From positions 544,001 through 608,000 of the forward strand of contig CAXXYE010000008.1 of assembly GCA_963674865.2 (NCBI GenBank): DNA of 64,000 nt, read 5' to 3'. Position numbers and translations under genes: made by a program. The DNA is from Candidatus Hydrogenedentota bacterium (GTDB lineage: Bacteria; Hydrogenedentota; Hydrogenedentia; Hydrogenedentales; SLHB01). Positions 1 to 9,583 of the stretch are shown here, one piece after another. Below the pieces are notes generated by a model, which saw nothing but the letters and a program-made list of their open reading frames with translations, did no database searches and had not been told where the DNA came from. Positions within the stretch are counted from its first letter, which is position 1, and each line of letters starts with the position of its first letter.

Positions 1-564
1 TACGTGTCCGACGCGCGCTTGCTGGTGTGTCCCGCACAGGAGGCCGCCGCTCAGATGGCGGCCTCTGACGACGCTCGCGCCCTGTTTGACGACCAGAGCT
101 ACTTCTACCTGGCCTATGCGATGTATGACGAGGAGATGGGCCTCGCCTTTCTTGAGGCATACCGCCGTGTCGTTGAGGACGGCGGCGATTTCAAGTGAGA
201 CACATTGCCGCTTGCGGCGCCTACACGCAGTGGCGGCCACGACAGTCTCCGTCGGCTTACTCAGATGAATTCGCTGGCGGACGACATGTCGGTTCTGCAG
301 ATTTACTACGGGCCGGATACCGAACTCGCGTTCTCGAAGATACCTGTTATAGTCGAGCGGCCCGGGCACCACCAGCCGATGGGAGGCCACGTGCTCTACC
401 TGGACGGCCACGTTGAGTATCTCAGGTATCCTGGCAAGTTCCCCATGAGCAAGAGCTTCATCGAGGGCCTGTACGAACTCGATGCCCTGGGCCGAAAACC
501 CCCGAGGCCGGAAAACCTGGATGGGCGTTCCCGTGAGGATGACGCGGAAAGCGCAAAGGGCTGA
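1..564 (+). pseudogene. 3' part of an H-X9-DG (DUF1559-like, prepilin-associated) protein gene, interrupted by an in-frame TGA at 196-198; 5' end lies outside the window
   Basis: ORFs 4..198 and 205..564 are in the same frame (TTC AAG TGA GAC ACA TTG). They carry LVCP, SYFYLAY and IPVIVERPGHHQPMGGHVLYLDGHVEYLRYPGKFPM motifs. Confidence 0.75.
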
Positions 565-641
565 GGAGATCGCGGGAGGCATCGTACGGGCCGCGGCGTT
601 TATCCGCCGACTGTTGGCGCGAAAAAGAGAGAGGAAACACA

Positions 642-971
642 ATGCTCAAGGATGTGGATGGATGGGCGACACTTCTTTGGCTTTTGCTCCCGTTTCTGGC
701 CTTTTCCTGCGCAAGACCTGGAGAGAAGAGCACGCTGCATATCAAGTTCTTACTTGCCACTTCACCAGGAATTCTTGTGTTCATGATAGCCTACGCTCTG
801 GTTCGTACAGACGATGCCTGGTGTTTTGCATGGGGCGTAGCGGGCGCAACCCTCGCGGCGCCCGTCGTAGTGGTGACCGCCGCAAGACTTACGGCACTAC
901 TCGTCGTCACACGAATCAGGAACGACGCGCTCCAGCGCGACATGGACGCACAAGGGCACGTCCTTTCCTGA
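642..971 (+). CDS. small hypothetical membrane protein (about 3 TM segments)
   Basis: GAGG-type RBS before ATG; three hydrophobic stretches; converges on the EamA gene. Confidence 0.5.
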   Translation: MLKDVDGWATLLWLLLPFLAFSCARPGEKSTLHIKFLLATSPGILVFMIAYALVRTDDAWCFAWGVAGATLAAPVVVVTAARLTALLVVTRIRNDALQRDMDAQGHVLS

Positions 972-993
972 GCAGCCGGCAGAATCTGCCCGA

Positions 994-1929
994 TTACGGG
1001 CCTTTGTGCAGGAAGTGGGTGAGGGAGGGGCCGTTGGCGAGGGCGATGGCCAGAATACCGCAGGCGAGCGTCGCATACCACGCGCGGGTGCGGGCCTCGC
1101 GGAAGAGCACCGAGGCGAGGAGCGCCGTGAACAGGATCGAGGCGACGCTGTTGACGGTGAAGGCCACGGCCGCGGGCAGCACGGCGCACCGGCTCAGCAT
1201 CGACAATCCAAGCACGGATCCGGTGGACGTGACCACCCCAAGGAGCGCCGCCCGGCGCACGGAGGCCGGCCGGCTCCGCGTCAATGCCACGTCGGCAAGG
1301 ACGCACGCTTCGAGCGCCGCGAAGAAGAGGGCGAAATAGGTGTCGGTGAACCGTTCGAGGTACGTCACGCCGTGGGCGTCCGCGTGCATCGACATTTCCT
1401 TGAGCGATATCCCGGGGATCCCGTTCAGGACGAGAATGGCGATCAGGACGGCGCCGTACTTGAACGGCTTCACGGGTGTCGGCATCGCTCCGCCCGCTGA
1501 GCTTGCCCCCTGGGCCTTGGCGGCCAGCATAACGCTCGCCATGGCGACCGCCGTCGCGGCGGCGTGCAATCCGGTGAAGGCTTCGCCAAGCACCACGCTT
1601 GCGTAGGCGATCACCGGGATGAAACTCAGCATCGTGGCGCACCAAAGCGGCGAGAGTGGCCCCAGCTTTAGCGCCACCTTCATCAGCCGTGTGATGCCGT
1701 ATTGCGATACGCCCGTCACCATGGCCAGGATGATGATCTGGTTCGGAATGCCCCCTGAGGCGGATCCCCACCCCCGGACGCCGAAGAAAACCAATCCCGC
1801 CAGCGCGGTGATCACCGTGATGTGCAGCGGCTCTATGCCGCGGGCCATGCCAAAGCGGAAGGACACGCCGATAAGGGAGAAACACATCCCGGAGAGCGTG
1901 GCCAGGAGGACAAGGGAACCTTCATTCAT
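994..1929 (-). CDS. EamA/DMT-superfamily transporter
   Basis: 311 aa, about 10 TM helices in two repeats; ALKLGPLS and LASVLFRE motifs. Confidence 0.8.
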   Translation of the reverse strand: MNEGSLVLLATLSGMCFSLIGVSFRFGMARGIEPLHITVITALAGLVFFGVRGWGSASGGIPNQIIILAMVTGVSQYGITRLMKVALKLGPLSPLWCATMLSFIPVIAYASVVLGEAFTGLHAAATAVAMASVMLAAKAQGASSAGGAMPTPVKPFKYGAVLIAILVLNGIPGISLKEMSMHADAHGVTYLERFTDTYFALFFAALEACVLADVALTRSRPASVRRAALLGVVTSTGSVLGLSMLSRCAVLPAAVAFTVNSVASILFTALLASVLFREARTRAWYATLACGILAIALANGPSLTHFLHKGP

Positions 1930-2081
1930 GGCTTATTCCTGATGATTACCCCGCGAAAATCAGCGCCTTATACGCGTTTCCCACGCCAGGATCAAGTAGC
2001 CATCTGCGGCCTTGGCGAAACGCCGCCTGATCAGGTATGGTAGACGCACGGTTACCTCGGCCCATAAGAGGAGATTCGGCC

Positions 2082-2390
2082 ATGGTCTTCGTCATCGCAA
2101 CCATCTACGTGGAATCGGGAAAGCGCGAGGCCTTTCTCGAAATCTTCAACCGGAACGTCCCGAACGTGAGAGCCGAGGAAGGCTGCATCGCTTACACACC
2201 GACCGTTGACGTGGAATCCGGCATTCCCATACAAGGCCCGGCCCGCGAGGATGTCGTGATCGTGGTCGAACAATGGGAAAGCCTCGACCACCTGCGGGCC
2301 CATCTCGCCACCCCGCACATGGCCGCTTACCAGGAGGAAGTGGCGGATATCGTCGAAAGAGTCGGCCTCCAAGTACTCACGCCTGCGTAG
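2082..2390 (+). CDS. antibiotic biosynthesis monooxygenase (ABM) family, putative quinol monooxygenase
   Basis: AAGAGGAG RBS before ATG 2082; VRAEEGCIAY and VEQWESLDHLRAHLATPHM motifs. Confidence 0.9.
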   Translation: MVFVIATIYVESGKREAFLEIFNRNVPNVRAEEGCIAYTPTVDVESGIPIQGPAREDVVIVVEQWESLDHLRAHLATPHMAAYQEEVADIVERVGLQVLTPA

Positions 2391-2485
2391 CGAAGTAGCA
2401 GGAAGGCCGGAGGGGGCCCGAAGCGCGCGAATGACGATGGCAGTCGTGCGGGTGCTGTGCCATCACTCATCCGGGGGGGAGCCGT

Positions 2486-3373
2486 ATGAACCGTATTGCC
2501 CTCGAGTTCGCGAGTGGTGGCGCGTTCTTCTACGGGATCGTCTTGAGTGTAGTGGCGACTCTCCTCTCCGTTTTTCTAAGGCAGACACGACTCGGATCAG
2601 TCCTGTTTGTTGCCTCAATACTGGGCGCCATCGCTGTAGTGCTTTCGGCGACGCCGCTCCCGGTTTGGCTGTACATCCTGTGGTTTCTGACTCTGACTGC
2701 CGTGCACGTGTTGTTGGGCATTCAGAGAATGCGGCGCACCAGGACAACGTATGTTGTCGCCGCCCTCTTCGTCGTTCAGACACTTGGCATGTGCGCCCTT
2801 GAACTGCCGTATCACCTGAAGCCGTCCATTCCACTTCGCGGGGCCAAGACGCTTTACGTGGTCGGCGATAGCCTCTGCATCGGAGCCGGTGCACGCGAAC
2901 GCAACTGGCCGGAGCAGCTTGGTAGTCTGGCCGGCCTCGATGTCGTCAATCTGTCTTCCGGCGGCGCCAAGCTCAGTAGAGCGCTACATTGTCCGAGCAG
3001 AGTTACCGGGCCGGGCGCCGTAGTCGTCGTGGAGGTCGGCGGCAATGACATTTTGGACAGCACAGACCCGAAAGCGTTTGAAGAGCGCCTCGAGCGCCTG
3101 CTGGACGGGCTGTGTCGGCCCGGCCGTCTCGTCATCATGCTCGAACTGCCCTTGCCTCCCCTTCACAACAAATACGGCGAGATTCAGAGGCGGCTGGCCC
3201 GGGCACAAGGGGTGAGCCTGATTCCCAAGCGATGTTTGACGGGAGTCCTCGGTACGCCGGGGGCCACAGTGGACGGCCTGCATCTTTCTGATACGGGCCA
3301 GGCGCTTATGGCGGAGAGCATTGGGGCCCTGTTCGATGTGGGTGCCGCGCCAAGTGCGACATCCCAGGACTAG
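2486..3373 (+). CDS. membrane-anchored SGNH/GDSL esterase-lipase
   Basis: N-terminal TM helices; VVGDSL, GGND and DGLH blocks. Confidence 0.85.
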   Translation: MNRIALEFASGGAFFYGIVLSVVATLLSVFLRQTRLGSVLFVASILGAIAVVLSATPLPVWLYILWFLTLTAVHVLLGIQRMRRTRTTYVVAALFVVQTLGMCALELPYHLKPSIPLRGAKTLYVVGDSLCIGAGARERNWPEQLGSLAGLDVVNLSSGGAKLSRALHCPSRVTGPGAVVVVEVGGNDILDSTDPKAFEERLERLLDGLCRPGRLVIMLELPLPPLHNKYGEIQRRLARAQGVSLIPKRCLTGVLGTPGATVDGLHLSDTGQALMAESIGALFDVGAAPSATSQD

Positions 3374-3388
3374 AGCCGTGGCCCAAGC

Positions 3389-5113
3389 CTAATCTTCAGG
3401 TAGGTCAAACTCCACGCCCTGAAGGGGGTAGCCGTCTTTATCAAAGAAGCGGATGTTGAATCCCCATAGGCCCTTCTGGTTGATGTCCGTCACCACCAGA
3501 CGGCTCCGGCCCGCGGGAATGGTTACAGGCACTTTCTCCTCGAAAAGGTACTTATCCCGGTAACCTCTGCCGTGCCCGCGCTCTGGATACTCTGGGTGAT
3601 CAAAGACGATCTCGTCGTTGAGACGAACGACGATACCGTCATCCCAGCCGATGCCCATGATGCCTTCAACCGGCCGCTTCGCAATGATATCCGCGGCGCA
3701 ATGAGCCGAGGCGAAGTGGGTGGCGCGCCAGTCGAACGCCTGCAACAGACTCACGCCGCCCGTGGGCTCAAGCGCGTCGAACTGGAACCATCGAAGGGCG
3801 CCGTCGCGGCCGTGCCAGACGTCCGTCTGCTGCGGCGGAAGCAAGGCCGCCTCCGGCGCCGTATAGGCCGGCTCCGTGAAGGGGTTGCTCAACGGGCCCA
3901 GCACGAGCCATGCGCCGGGCGTACCGAGGCGGGAGCAGAACTCGGCCGGGGAGAGTTTGCCTTTGTCGAGCCGCCGCGCTTCGGCGAGCAATGTCTCTAC
4001 GCGCGGGGAGGGATCTATCTGCCGATCGGCCAGTATCGCCTGCCAGCCTGCAATCGCCTCGTCCGCGCCATCGAACGCCGGTTTCCGAAGGCCGTATTTC
4101 TCGCCCAGTTCCGGTGTGTATTGGTACCAAATGGGTTGGCCTGAATAGCACCAGATGTACCGCTTGGCCAGGCTCTTCAGGATGGCCATCTGATCGCGGA
4201 GTTCGCCGAGTTCCTGTGCCCAAGGCTGCACCGGATAGTTCTTGCCGCCCGTCTCGACCATGTGCAGCGGCCATGCGCCCGGCGCGACGGTGCACCGCCG
4301 TTTCCAGTAGTCGAGCGTCTCTCCCGACAACAGGGCGTGCGCCTCGAGGTCGCCCGAACGGCAGATGGCCACCTGCGTCACGGGGTACTCATAGAGCGTA
4401 TACGCGCGTTCGGTGGCGATGTGGAATCCGCCGGGCGCATCGCGCTCCGCCATCACGTCGATCAGTCCGAGCTGGAATTCGCGCTCGATGGGACGGCTTC
4501 GGAAAGAGCCGGGCAACACGAAGATCACGGCCTCGGGGAAGGCATCGAGGAGCGCGGACATCACGGTGCGCCCCTGCGTCCGCGACGCGCTCATCAAGTC
4601 CTGGACGGTGTAGCCTTCGTACGTGTAGATCTCGTTGTCGACTTCATAACGCGGATAGGGATATTCCACGTCGATGCTCACGCCGCGGAAGCCAAGCTCC
4701 TTGGCTGCGCGCCCGACAACGCCGAAATACGCCGCCATCTTCCCCGCGTAGTTCTTGGATAGGAGCGTTGGCGCCGAGGGCCAGTCGCCATTGCTGGAGA
4801 AATGCACGCCGAGGAGGTTTTCCGTAGCGCCCGCGGCGCGCAGATGCGCGATGTTCTCCCGCACGAGGCGTTTCCACTCACTCTCAGGCGCCTGCCCGCC
4901 CGGCGTGCCCAGGCGCTGATCGACGCCGTCGTCCCAACTGCCGACCACGAAGTACAAACCGTCGAGAATGTGCGCCACGTCCTCGGCATGATCGTTGAAG
5001 TAGGCGTTGGGTTGTCCCTGGTAGGCGATAGTCTTGGGCACGAGTTCTTCCGCCTCCGTCGTTCCGGCCAAGACCGCCATCAACGCAACACTTATCCAGA
5101 AACAATGCTTCAT
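3389..5113 (-). CDS. secreted hypothetical protein (putative TIM-barrel GH-like domain plus C-terminal beta-sandwich)
   Basis: Signal peptide MKHCFWISVALMAVLAG; GGAAGGAG RBS; GFRGVSIDVEYP and GWDDGIVVRLND motifs. Confidence 0.7.
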   Translation of the reverse strand: MKHCFWISVALMAVLAGTTEAEELVPKTIAYQGQPNAYFNDHAEDVAHILDGLYFVVGSWDDGVDQRLGTPGGQAPESEWKRLVRENIAHLRAAGATENLLGVHFSSNGDWPSAPTLLSKNYAGKMAAYFGVVGRAAKELGFRGVSIDVEYPYPRYEVDNEIYTYEGYTVQDLMSASRTQGRTVMSALLDAFPEAVIFVLPGSFRSRPIEREFQLGLIDVMAERDAPGGFHIATERAYTLYEYPVTQVAICRSGDLEAHALLSGETLDYWKRRCTVAPGAWPLHMVETGGKNYPVQPWAQELGELRDQMAILKSLAKRYIWCYSGQPIWYQYTPELGEKYGLRKPAFDGADEAIAGWQAILADRQIDPSPRVETLLAEARRLDKGKLSPAEFCSRLGTPGAWLVLGPLSNPFTEPAYTAPEAALLPPQQTDVWHGRDGALRWFQFDALEPTGGVSLLQAFDWRATHFASAHCAADIIAKRPVEGIMGIGWDDGIVVRLNDEIVFDHPEYPERGHGRGYRDKYLFEEKVPVTIPAGRSRLVVTDINQKGLWGFNIRFFDKDGYPLQGVEFDLPED

Positions 5114-5135
5114 AACTCGTCTTCTCCTTCCGTTC

Positions 5136-8100
5136 CTATTCGCCAAGCGCCAGTGTCAGCGCCGCGATACGCGTCCGGTGCGCCTGGAGCATACGCACGT
5201 CCTCCCGTGTGTGCCAAATGCGCCGATCCCCCTCTTTGAGAAAATCCCGGCTCTCGACGAAGGCCTCATCCGACAGCTCCATCATGTCGGTACACGCAAT
5301 GCGCAGTTCCGCCTCCGCTTGGGCGACAAGCGCCCTTTTGCCGTCGATGCCGCGAGACGTCTCGATGTGTTCGCTGAGCAGCATCAGCGCGGCCACATCT
5401 TCGAGTCCGTCCCGTACCGCCTCCCAACGCACGCTCGGCACGGGCATTGTCCCTGGATATACCAGGGCATACTCGTCGTCCGTGGTTGTCCCCGGATACC
5501 ATTGGTTCACGGACGTTGTACTGTAGGTCCAGTGGCCGATGCCGTCGAGGCCGAAGTAGTAAGCGCGCCACGCGTTGGCCCGGTTGTACCGCAGCGGCGA
5601 AAGCGACTTCACCTGGGCCACGCATTCGTACGACCACACCGGCTTACCGCTAGCCATGATGCGCTCGATGCGGGGATCGTCGACAAGCAGTCCGGTGACG
5701 AGCCGCATGTTGGGGCACCACACATCCACGAGCGGCTCGACGCGCTGGAAGTCCTTCCAGGACAGTCCCGGAACGGGATCGGTGTAGACGCGGAAACGGG
5801 GGTCCGCTTCTCGGAAGAGGCCCGCCGCGTCCGCGAGAGCCGGCACGCGCTCTCCGTAGTGCAATCCCGGCTCGTCCGTGGGATAGAAGGCATATCGATC
5901 ATACGTCCAGCCGCGTTTGCCGAGGTAATCTCGGAAAGCGTGAAGGTACTCAATCTGAAGTCGCCGCCGCTCGTCGGCGCCAACCGTTTTGGGGAGAGTG
6001 ATCAATGGCTGTGAGATCTGGAACAGAATCGTGCCGCGTCCATCGAGCCGCTCGAGTTCCGCATCCAGCTTGGTCCAGTCCATGGCCAGCCGCCCGTTGG
6101 CGTCCATTTCGGCGGAGGGGATGCTCGAGCGGGGAAACACGTTCACACCGTGCCGGCCCATATCATCGAGAATCCTCGGGATGCGCTCCGCAAACCAGTT
6201 GTTGGGCAGGTAGTCCCAAGTGCACACCGTCAGCGGGAAACGCCGAGGCATCTCGATGTCCGCGACGCGAATCGTCAAGTCCAGCTCGACCTCGTCGAAT
6301 TCCTTGTGCAAAGGATGCACCGTGAGCGATCCGCGGTAGTCGCCCGGCTCCGCGCCGCGCGCGTCTACACTCACCCATACCTTGGCCGCCCGTGCGGGGG
6401 GAATCGTTACCAGGCCCGCCGGGCCCAGTGCGGGAAGGGCGTCGCCGACGCGTTCCCCGTTCACCGTGCCCGTCATGACGACTTCGCGTAGGAGAAGGCC
6501 GCCGGCGAAGAGTGTGCCGTCTTCCCTCGCCGGTTTCTGGATGCTCACCCGCGCGCGCAGACTCGTCTCCTCGGAGGAGGCGATTACCAAAGCGCCCTGC
6601 CCCACTTCGCCCTCGTAAACGGGGCCGACCACAACGCCCTGCTCTTCGTCCGGTTCGTCGAGGCAACGGCAAGGGTGCAAGCATGTATCGTCGAAGGTTG
6701 CGTAGGCCGGCGTACTCCAGACGCGCGTCCGGGGCGGCCCGGCGTCCGGCGGCGCGGCGATGGGCGCCGTCCTCTCCGCGAGGATGCTTCCGTTTGGATC
6801 GCGAACTACCGCAAACCATTTCGCCGCGGCGTCCCTGGGCGTCTTCGGCAGCGAAACTTCGATCCGCGAACGCGCGGACACCTGGCCCCTGATGAGCCGC
6901 CGGCCCGCTTCATCCACGGTTCCCGAATTCACGCTGAGAAGCGCGCCGCTGGGATTGTCAACGAGTAGACTTGCCGGCACACAAGGCGGTTCGCCGCCCG
7001 AGAAAGCCGCCGTCACGCCCTTTGCTTGCGGAGCGGCGCCATAGATCGGCGCCGGAGGGCCGGGATTGAACCGATGCGCCACGAGTGCGGAGCTGACGAG
7101 CAAGAGGCTTTCGGCGCCTGCCTCCACTGGGAGGGCCAGCGGAAAGGCGTTCATGCCGCTGCTCACGCGCAATTCGTCCACCAACTCGCCGTCGTGGCTG
7201 AAGACGTACGCCTTCTGGCGATACGTGGCGACGACAATCTCTTTGTCGCCGTCGCCGTCGGCGTCAAGCACAAGGGGCCGCGCCCGAGTCTTCGCCCGGT
7301 ACACGTGCGTCCAGAGAGGACGCCCTTCGGCGTCGAAGGCGTAGAGATTGCCCCAAAGGCCGGCACATAGTATGAGGGGCTGCCCGTCCTCCCGCGGCAA
7401 GAACGCAATGGTGGCGTCCATGTCCTCGCCAATCGCCGTTTGCCAGAGGACCTCCCCTTGAAGGTTCAGCCCGAAGAGCGAACCCGCTCCCGCGCCGCAG
7501 ACGATCAGACGTTTCTCGCCCAGCGAGAGGACTTCCGGGCGTGCAAGCATCTGCCCGCCCAAGTCCCGCCGCCAGAGGACTGTCCCCGCCGTGTCCAGGC
7601 AGCAGAGGACGTTCCCCGCCGGCACGAGCAGTGCCGGGGAGCCGTCGTCAAGCGCGAACGTCTGCGCGATGGTTAGGCACGGTCCCTCGTCCAGTTTCAT
7701 CGCCCACCGAACGCCGCCCGCCGAGTCCAAGCAGGTAATCGTGCCCGAACGATCGGCAATACACCATGCCGGCCCGTCCTTTGTCTCGAGAATGACAGGC
7801 ACTGCCCGCGACCACGTCGTCTCGTCCGGGAGCTGATACGTCCATGCCTGGGTGAAGTCGTTGTTCAGCGCGACGAGGAGTCCCTCCACGCTACCGAAGA
7901 GGTACTGGGCCTTGGAGCCTGATCCCATCGCCGAGGGGGAGGAGGTCCATCGGCCGTCCGGAAGCTGGGCGACGGCCCCGTCCTGTCCGGCGCCCATATC
8001 GCCTCCGTCGACATTCCAGAGCATCACCTGGCCGCCCAGGTTGACGGCAAGCAGCTCGACTGCGCCGTCGTCGTTCGAGTCGACGAGCGAGGGCGCGGCC

Positions 8101-8213
8101 TCGACGCGGTATTGGCCCGTGGTGCGAGTCCAGGCAAGTTCCATGGCCCATCCCGGCGCGGCGCCGAGCGCCGCCGCCAGGAGCAGGAGCCAAGACTGAG
8201 TTACCCTTTTCAT
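5136..8213 (-). CDS. secreted PQQ-like beta-propeller plus DUF4091/GH123-like glycoside hydrolase domain protein
   Basis: Signal peptide from ATG 8213; repeated GxxxW propeller blades; YPTDEP, VDVWCP and SVRWEAVRDGLED motifs. Confidence 0.75.
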   Translation of the reverse strand: MKRVTQSWLLLLAAALGAAPGWAMELAWTRTTGQYRVEAAPSLVDSNDDGAVELLAVNLGGQVMLWNVDGGDMGAGQDGAVAQLPDGRWTSSPSAMGSGSKAQYLFGSVEGLLVALNNDFTQAWTYQLPDETTWSRAVPVILETKDGPAWCIADRSGTITCLDSAGGVRWAMKLDEGPCLTIAQTFALDDGSPALLVPAGNVLCCLDTAGTVLWRRDLGGQMLARPEVLSLGEKRLIVCGAGAGSLFGLNLQGEVLWQTAIGEDMDATIAFLPREDGQPLILCAGLWGNLYAFDAEGRPLWTHVYRAKTRARPLVLDADGDGDKEIVVATYRQKAYVFSHDGELVDELRVSSGMNAFPLALPVEAGAESLLLVSSALVAHRFNPGPPAPIYGAAPQAKGVTAAFSGGEPPCVPASLLVDNPSGALLSVNSGTVDEAGRRLIRGQVSARSRIEVSLPKTPRDAAAKWFAVVRDPNGSILAERTAPIAAPPDAGPPRTRVWSTPAYATFDDTCLHPCRCLDEPDEEQGVVVGPVYEGEVGQGALVIASSEETSLRARVSIQKPAREDGTLFAGGLLLREVVMTGTVNGERVGDALPALGPAGLVTIPPARAAKVWVSVDARGAEPGDYRGSLTVHPLHKEFDEVELDLTIRVADIEMPRRFPLTVCTWDYLPNNWFAERIPRILDDMGRHGVNVFPRSSIPSAEMDANGRLAMDWTKLDAELERLDGRGTILFQISQPLITLPKTVGADERRRLQIEYLHAFRDYLGKRGWTYDRYAFYPTDEPGLHYGERVPALADAAGLFREADPRFRVYTDPVPGLSWKDFQRVEPLVDVWCPNMRLVTGLLVDDPRIERIMASGKPVWSYECVAQVKSLSPLRYNRANAWRAYYFGLDGIGHWTYSTTSVNQWYPGTTTDDEYALVYPGTMPVPSVRWEAVRDGLEDVAALMLLSEHIETSRGIDGKRALVAQAEAELRIACTDMMELSDEAFVESRDFLKEGDRRIWHTREDVRMLQAHRTRIAALTLALGE

Positions 8214-8214
8214 A

Positions 8215-9576
8215 TTACTTCTCCTTTTGCCCGGCCAGCGCTGCGTCCAGTTCGAGAAGCGCTGCGGGCAAGTGAATATGCAGGTCGTTATGTGCCAGAT
8301 TCCCATGGAGGAATGGTACGAAATCGGAGGCATAGCCGCCTTCCGCGGCCTTCGTGGCATCGGGCGCGTAGCCGATGGTGTCGTTGGCGACACTCACGAC
8401 AAGCGTGACGTCGCCCTGTGCGTTCTTCACCACCTCATCGCGCACGGCCTGAAACGTCTCGAAGCCTGAGGCTAGGATGCGGATCGTGCCCAGTCGCAGC
8501 CCGTACACCTCCGTCGCGTCGCTCGGCCGCTCGCCCGACTCGATGCGCCCGATGATTCGGCGCAGGGCCGCCGCCCACACCGTGTCCATGCGGAGGTCGA
8601 GGCCCTCGCGTCCGGGGAGATCGCGCACGTCGAGTGCATGAAGCCGGCCTTCCCTTTCCCGAAGCATCTCGTGCAGCGCGTCGAGTTCATACGGCTTGCG
8701 CGGGAAATCCACTTCCCGCGAGACATACGCCAGAGGCTCGGCGTCAAAGGGCTCCGTCTCAGCCAGGCCCTTGCGCACGGCGTTTGCGTAGCGGCCCGCC
8801 ACGATGTCGAGCGCAAGCAACGCCTCTTGCTCCGGTTTGTGGACGCAGCAGGAGTTCACGTCGCCGTTCGCGCCCTGTAGGAATAATCCCACCGCGCCTG
8901 GGCGCTCGCGCTCGAGCAGATTTGTTGCCACGCCGGCGTAATCGCCGTGAATGTAACGCGTAAGCTGACAGCAACACACGGGATGGCACCCGAAGTAGCT
9001 GATGAAGCCGGTGAGCTGCCCCTCCGACTTGGCCGTGATCACATGGCACACCGTGTCGGTGAGTTCAGGCTTGGCCGGGCGCCAGTCCGGTTGCAGGACT
9101 TCCTCGAGCGGGGGGCCGTCGCGATCATACTCCCGGTTCAGCCCGACGCCTTCACATGGCACCACGGCGTGGCCGAATTCTACGTCCTGCAAGCGGCCCA
9201 GCGCATCCACGCAGGCCTTGGCGATGCGGGCTGGGAGCATTTCCACATAGACGGCGTCCGCCTCGCCCCAACCTATCGTGAAGCACGTGGAAGGGCCGCT
9301 ATGCGTGTGGGAGCAGCAGATGCAGACGGCCTCGCCCGGCAGGCCGGTGTGCTCTTCCACCAGGGCGCGTGCCTTACGGGCCGTGTCGCGCGTAACGCCC
9401 ACCAGATCGCACGACACGAGCACGGCCCGGCCGCCGTCATTCGACTCAACCGCCATGGCGCGTGCCCACAACTGATCCCGGATGCCGATGCTCTTCCGGC
9501 AGAGGAAGGGGCCGAAGCCGGCCATCTCTACGCCCACCCTCGGTGTTATATCGTTCTTCGCAAATCCCGCGCGCAT
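8215..9576 (-). CDS. neutral/alkaline ceramidase-like amidohydrolase
   Basis: GFAKNDITP, CSHTHSGP, FGCHPV, GDYAG and LQGANGDVN motifs. Confidence 0.85.
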   Translation of the reverse strand: MRAGFAKNDITPRVGVEMAGFGPFLCRKSIGIRDQLWARAMAVESNDGGRAVLVSCDLVGVTRDTARKARALVEEHTGLPGEAVCICCSHTHSGPSTCFTIGWGEADAVYVEMLPARIAKACVDALGRLQDVEFGHAVVPCEGVGLNREYDRDGPPLEEVLQPDWRPAKPELTDTVCHVITAKSEGQLTGFISYFGCHPVCCCQLTRYIHGDYAGVATNLLERERPGAVGLFLQGANGDVNSCCVHKPEQEALLALDIVAGRYANAVRKGLAETEPFDAEPLAYVSREVDFPRKPYELDALHEMLREREGRLHALDVRDLPGREGLDLRMDTVWAAALRRIIGRIESGERPSDATEVYGLRLGTIRILASGFETFQAVRDEVVKNAQGDVTLVVSVANDTIGYAPDATKAAEGGYASDFVPFLHGNLAHNDLHIHLPAALLELDAALAGQKEK

Positions 9577-9583
9577 AATCCGT

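Noticed and set aside
196..198. Reassigned genetic code (TGA as Gly or Trp)
   Set aside because: Many genes in the window end properly in TGA (e.g. 564, 48843, 53659) and long genes contain no internal TGA.
565..640. Possible further 3'-end relic (EIAGGIVRAAAFIRRLLARK) after the H-X9-DG stop
   Set aside because: It looks like an amphipathic terminal helix, but no family could be assigned.
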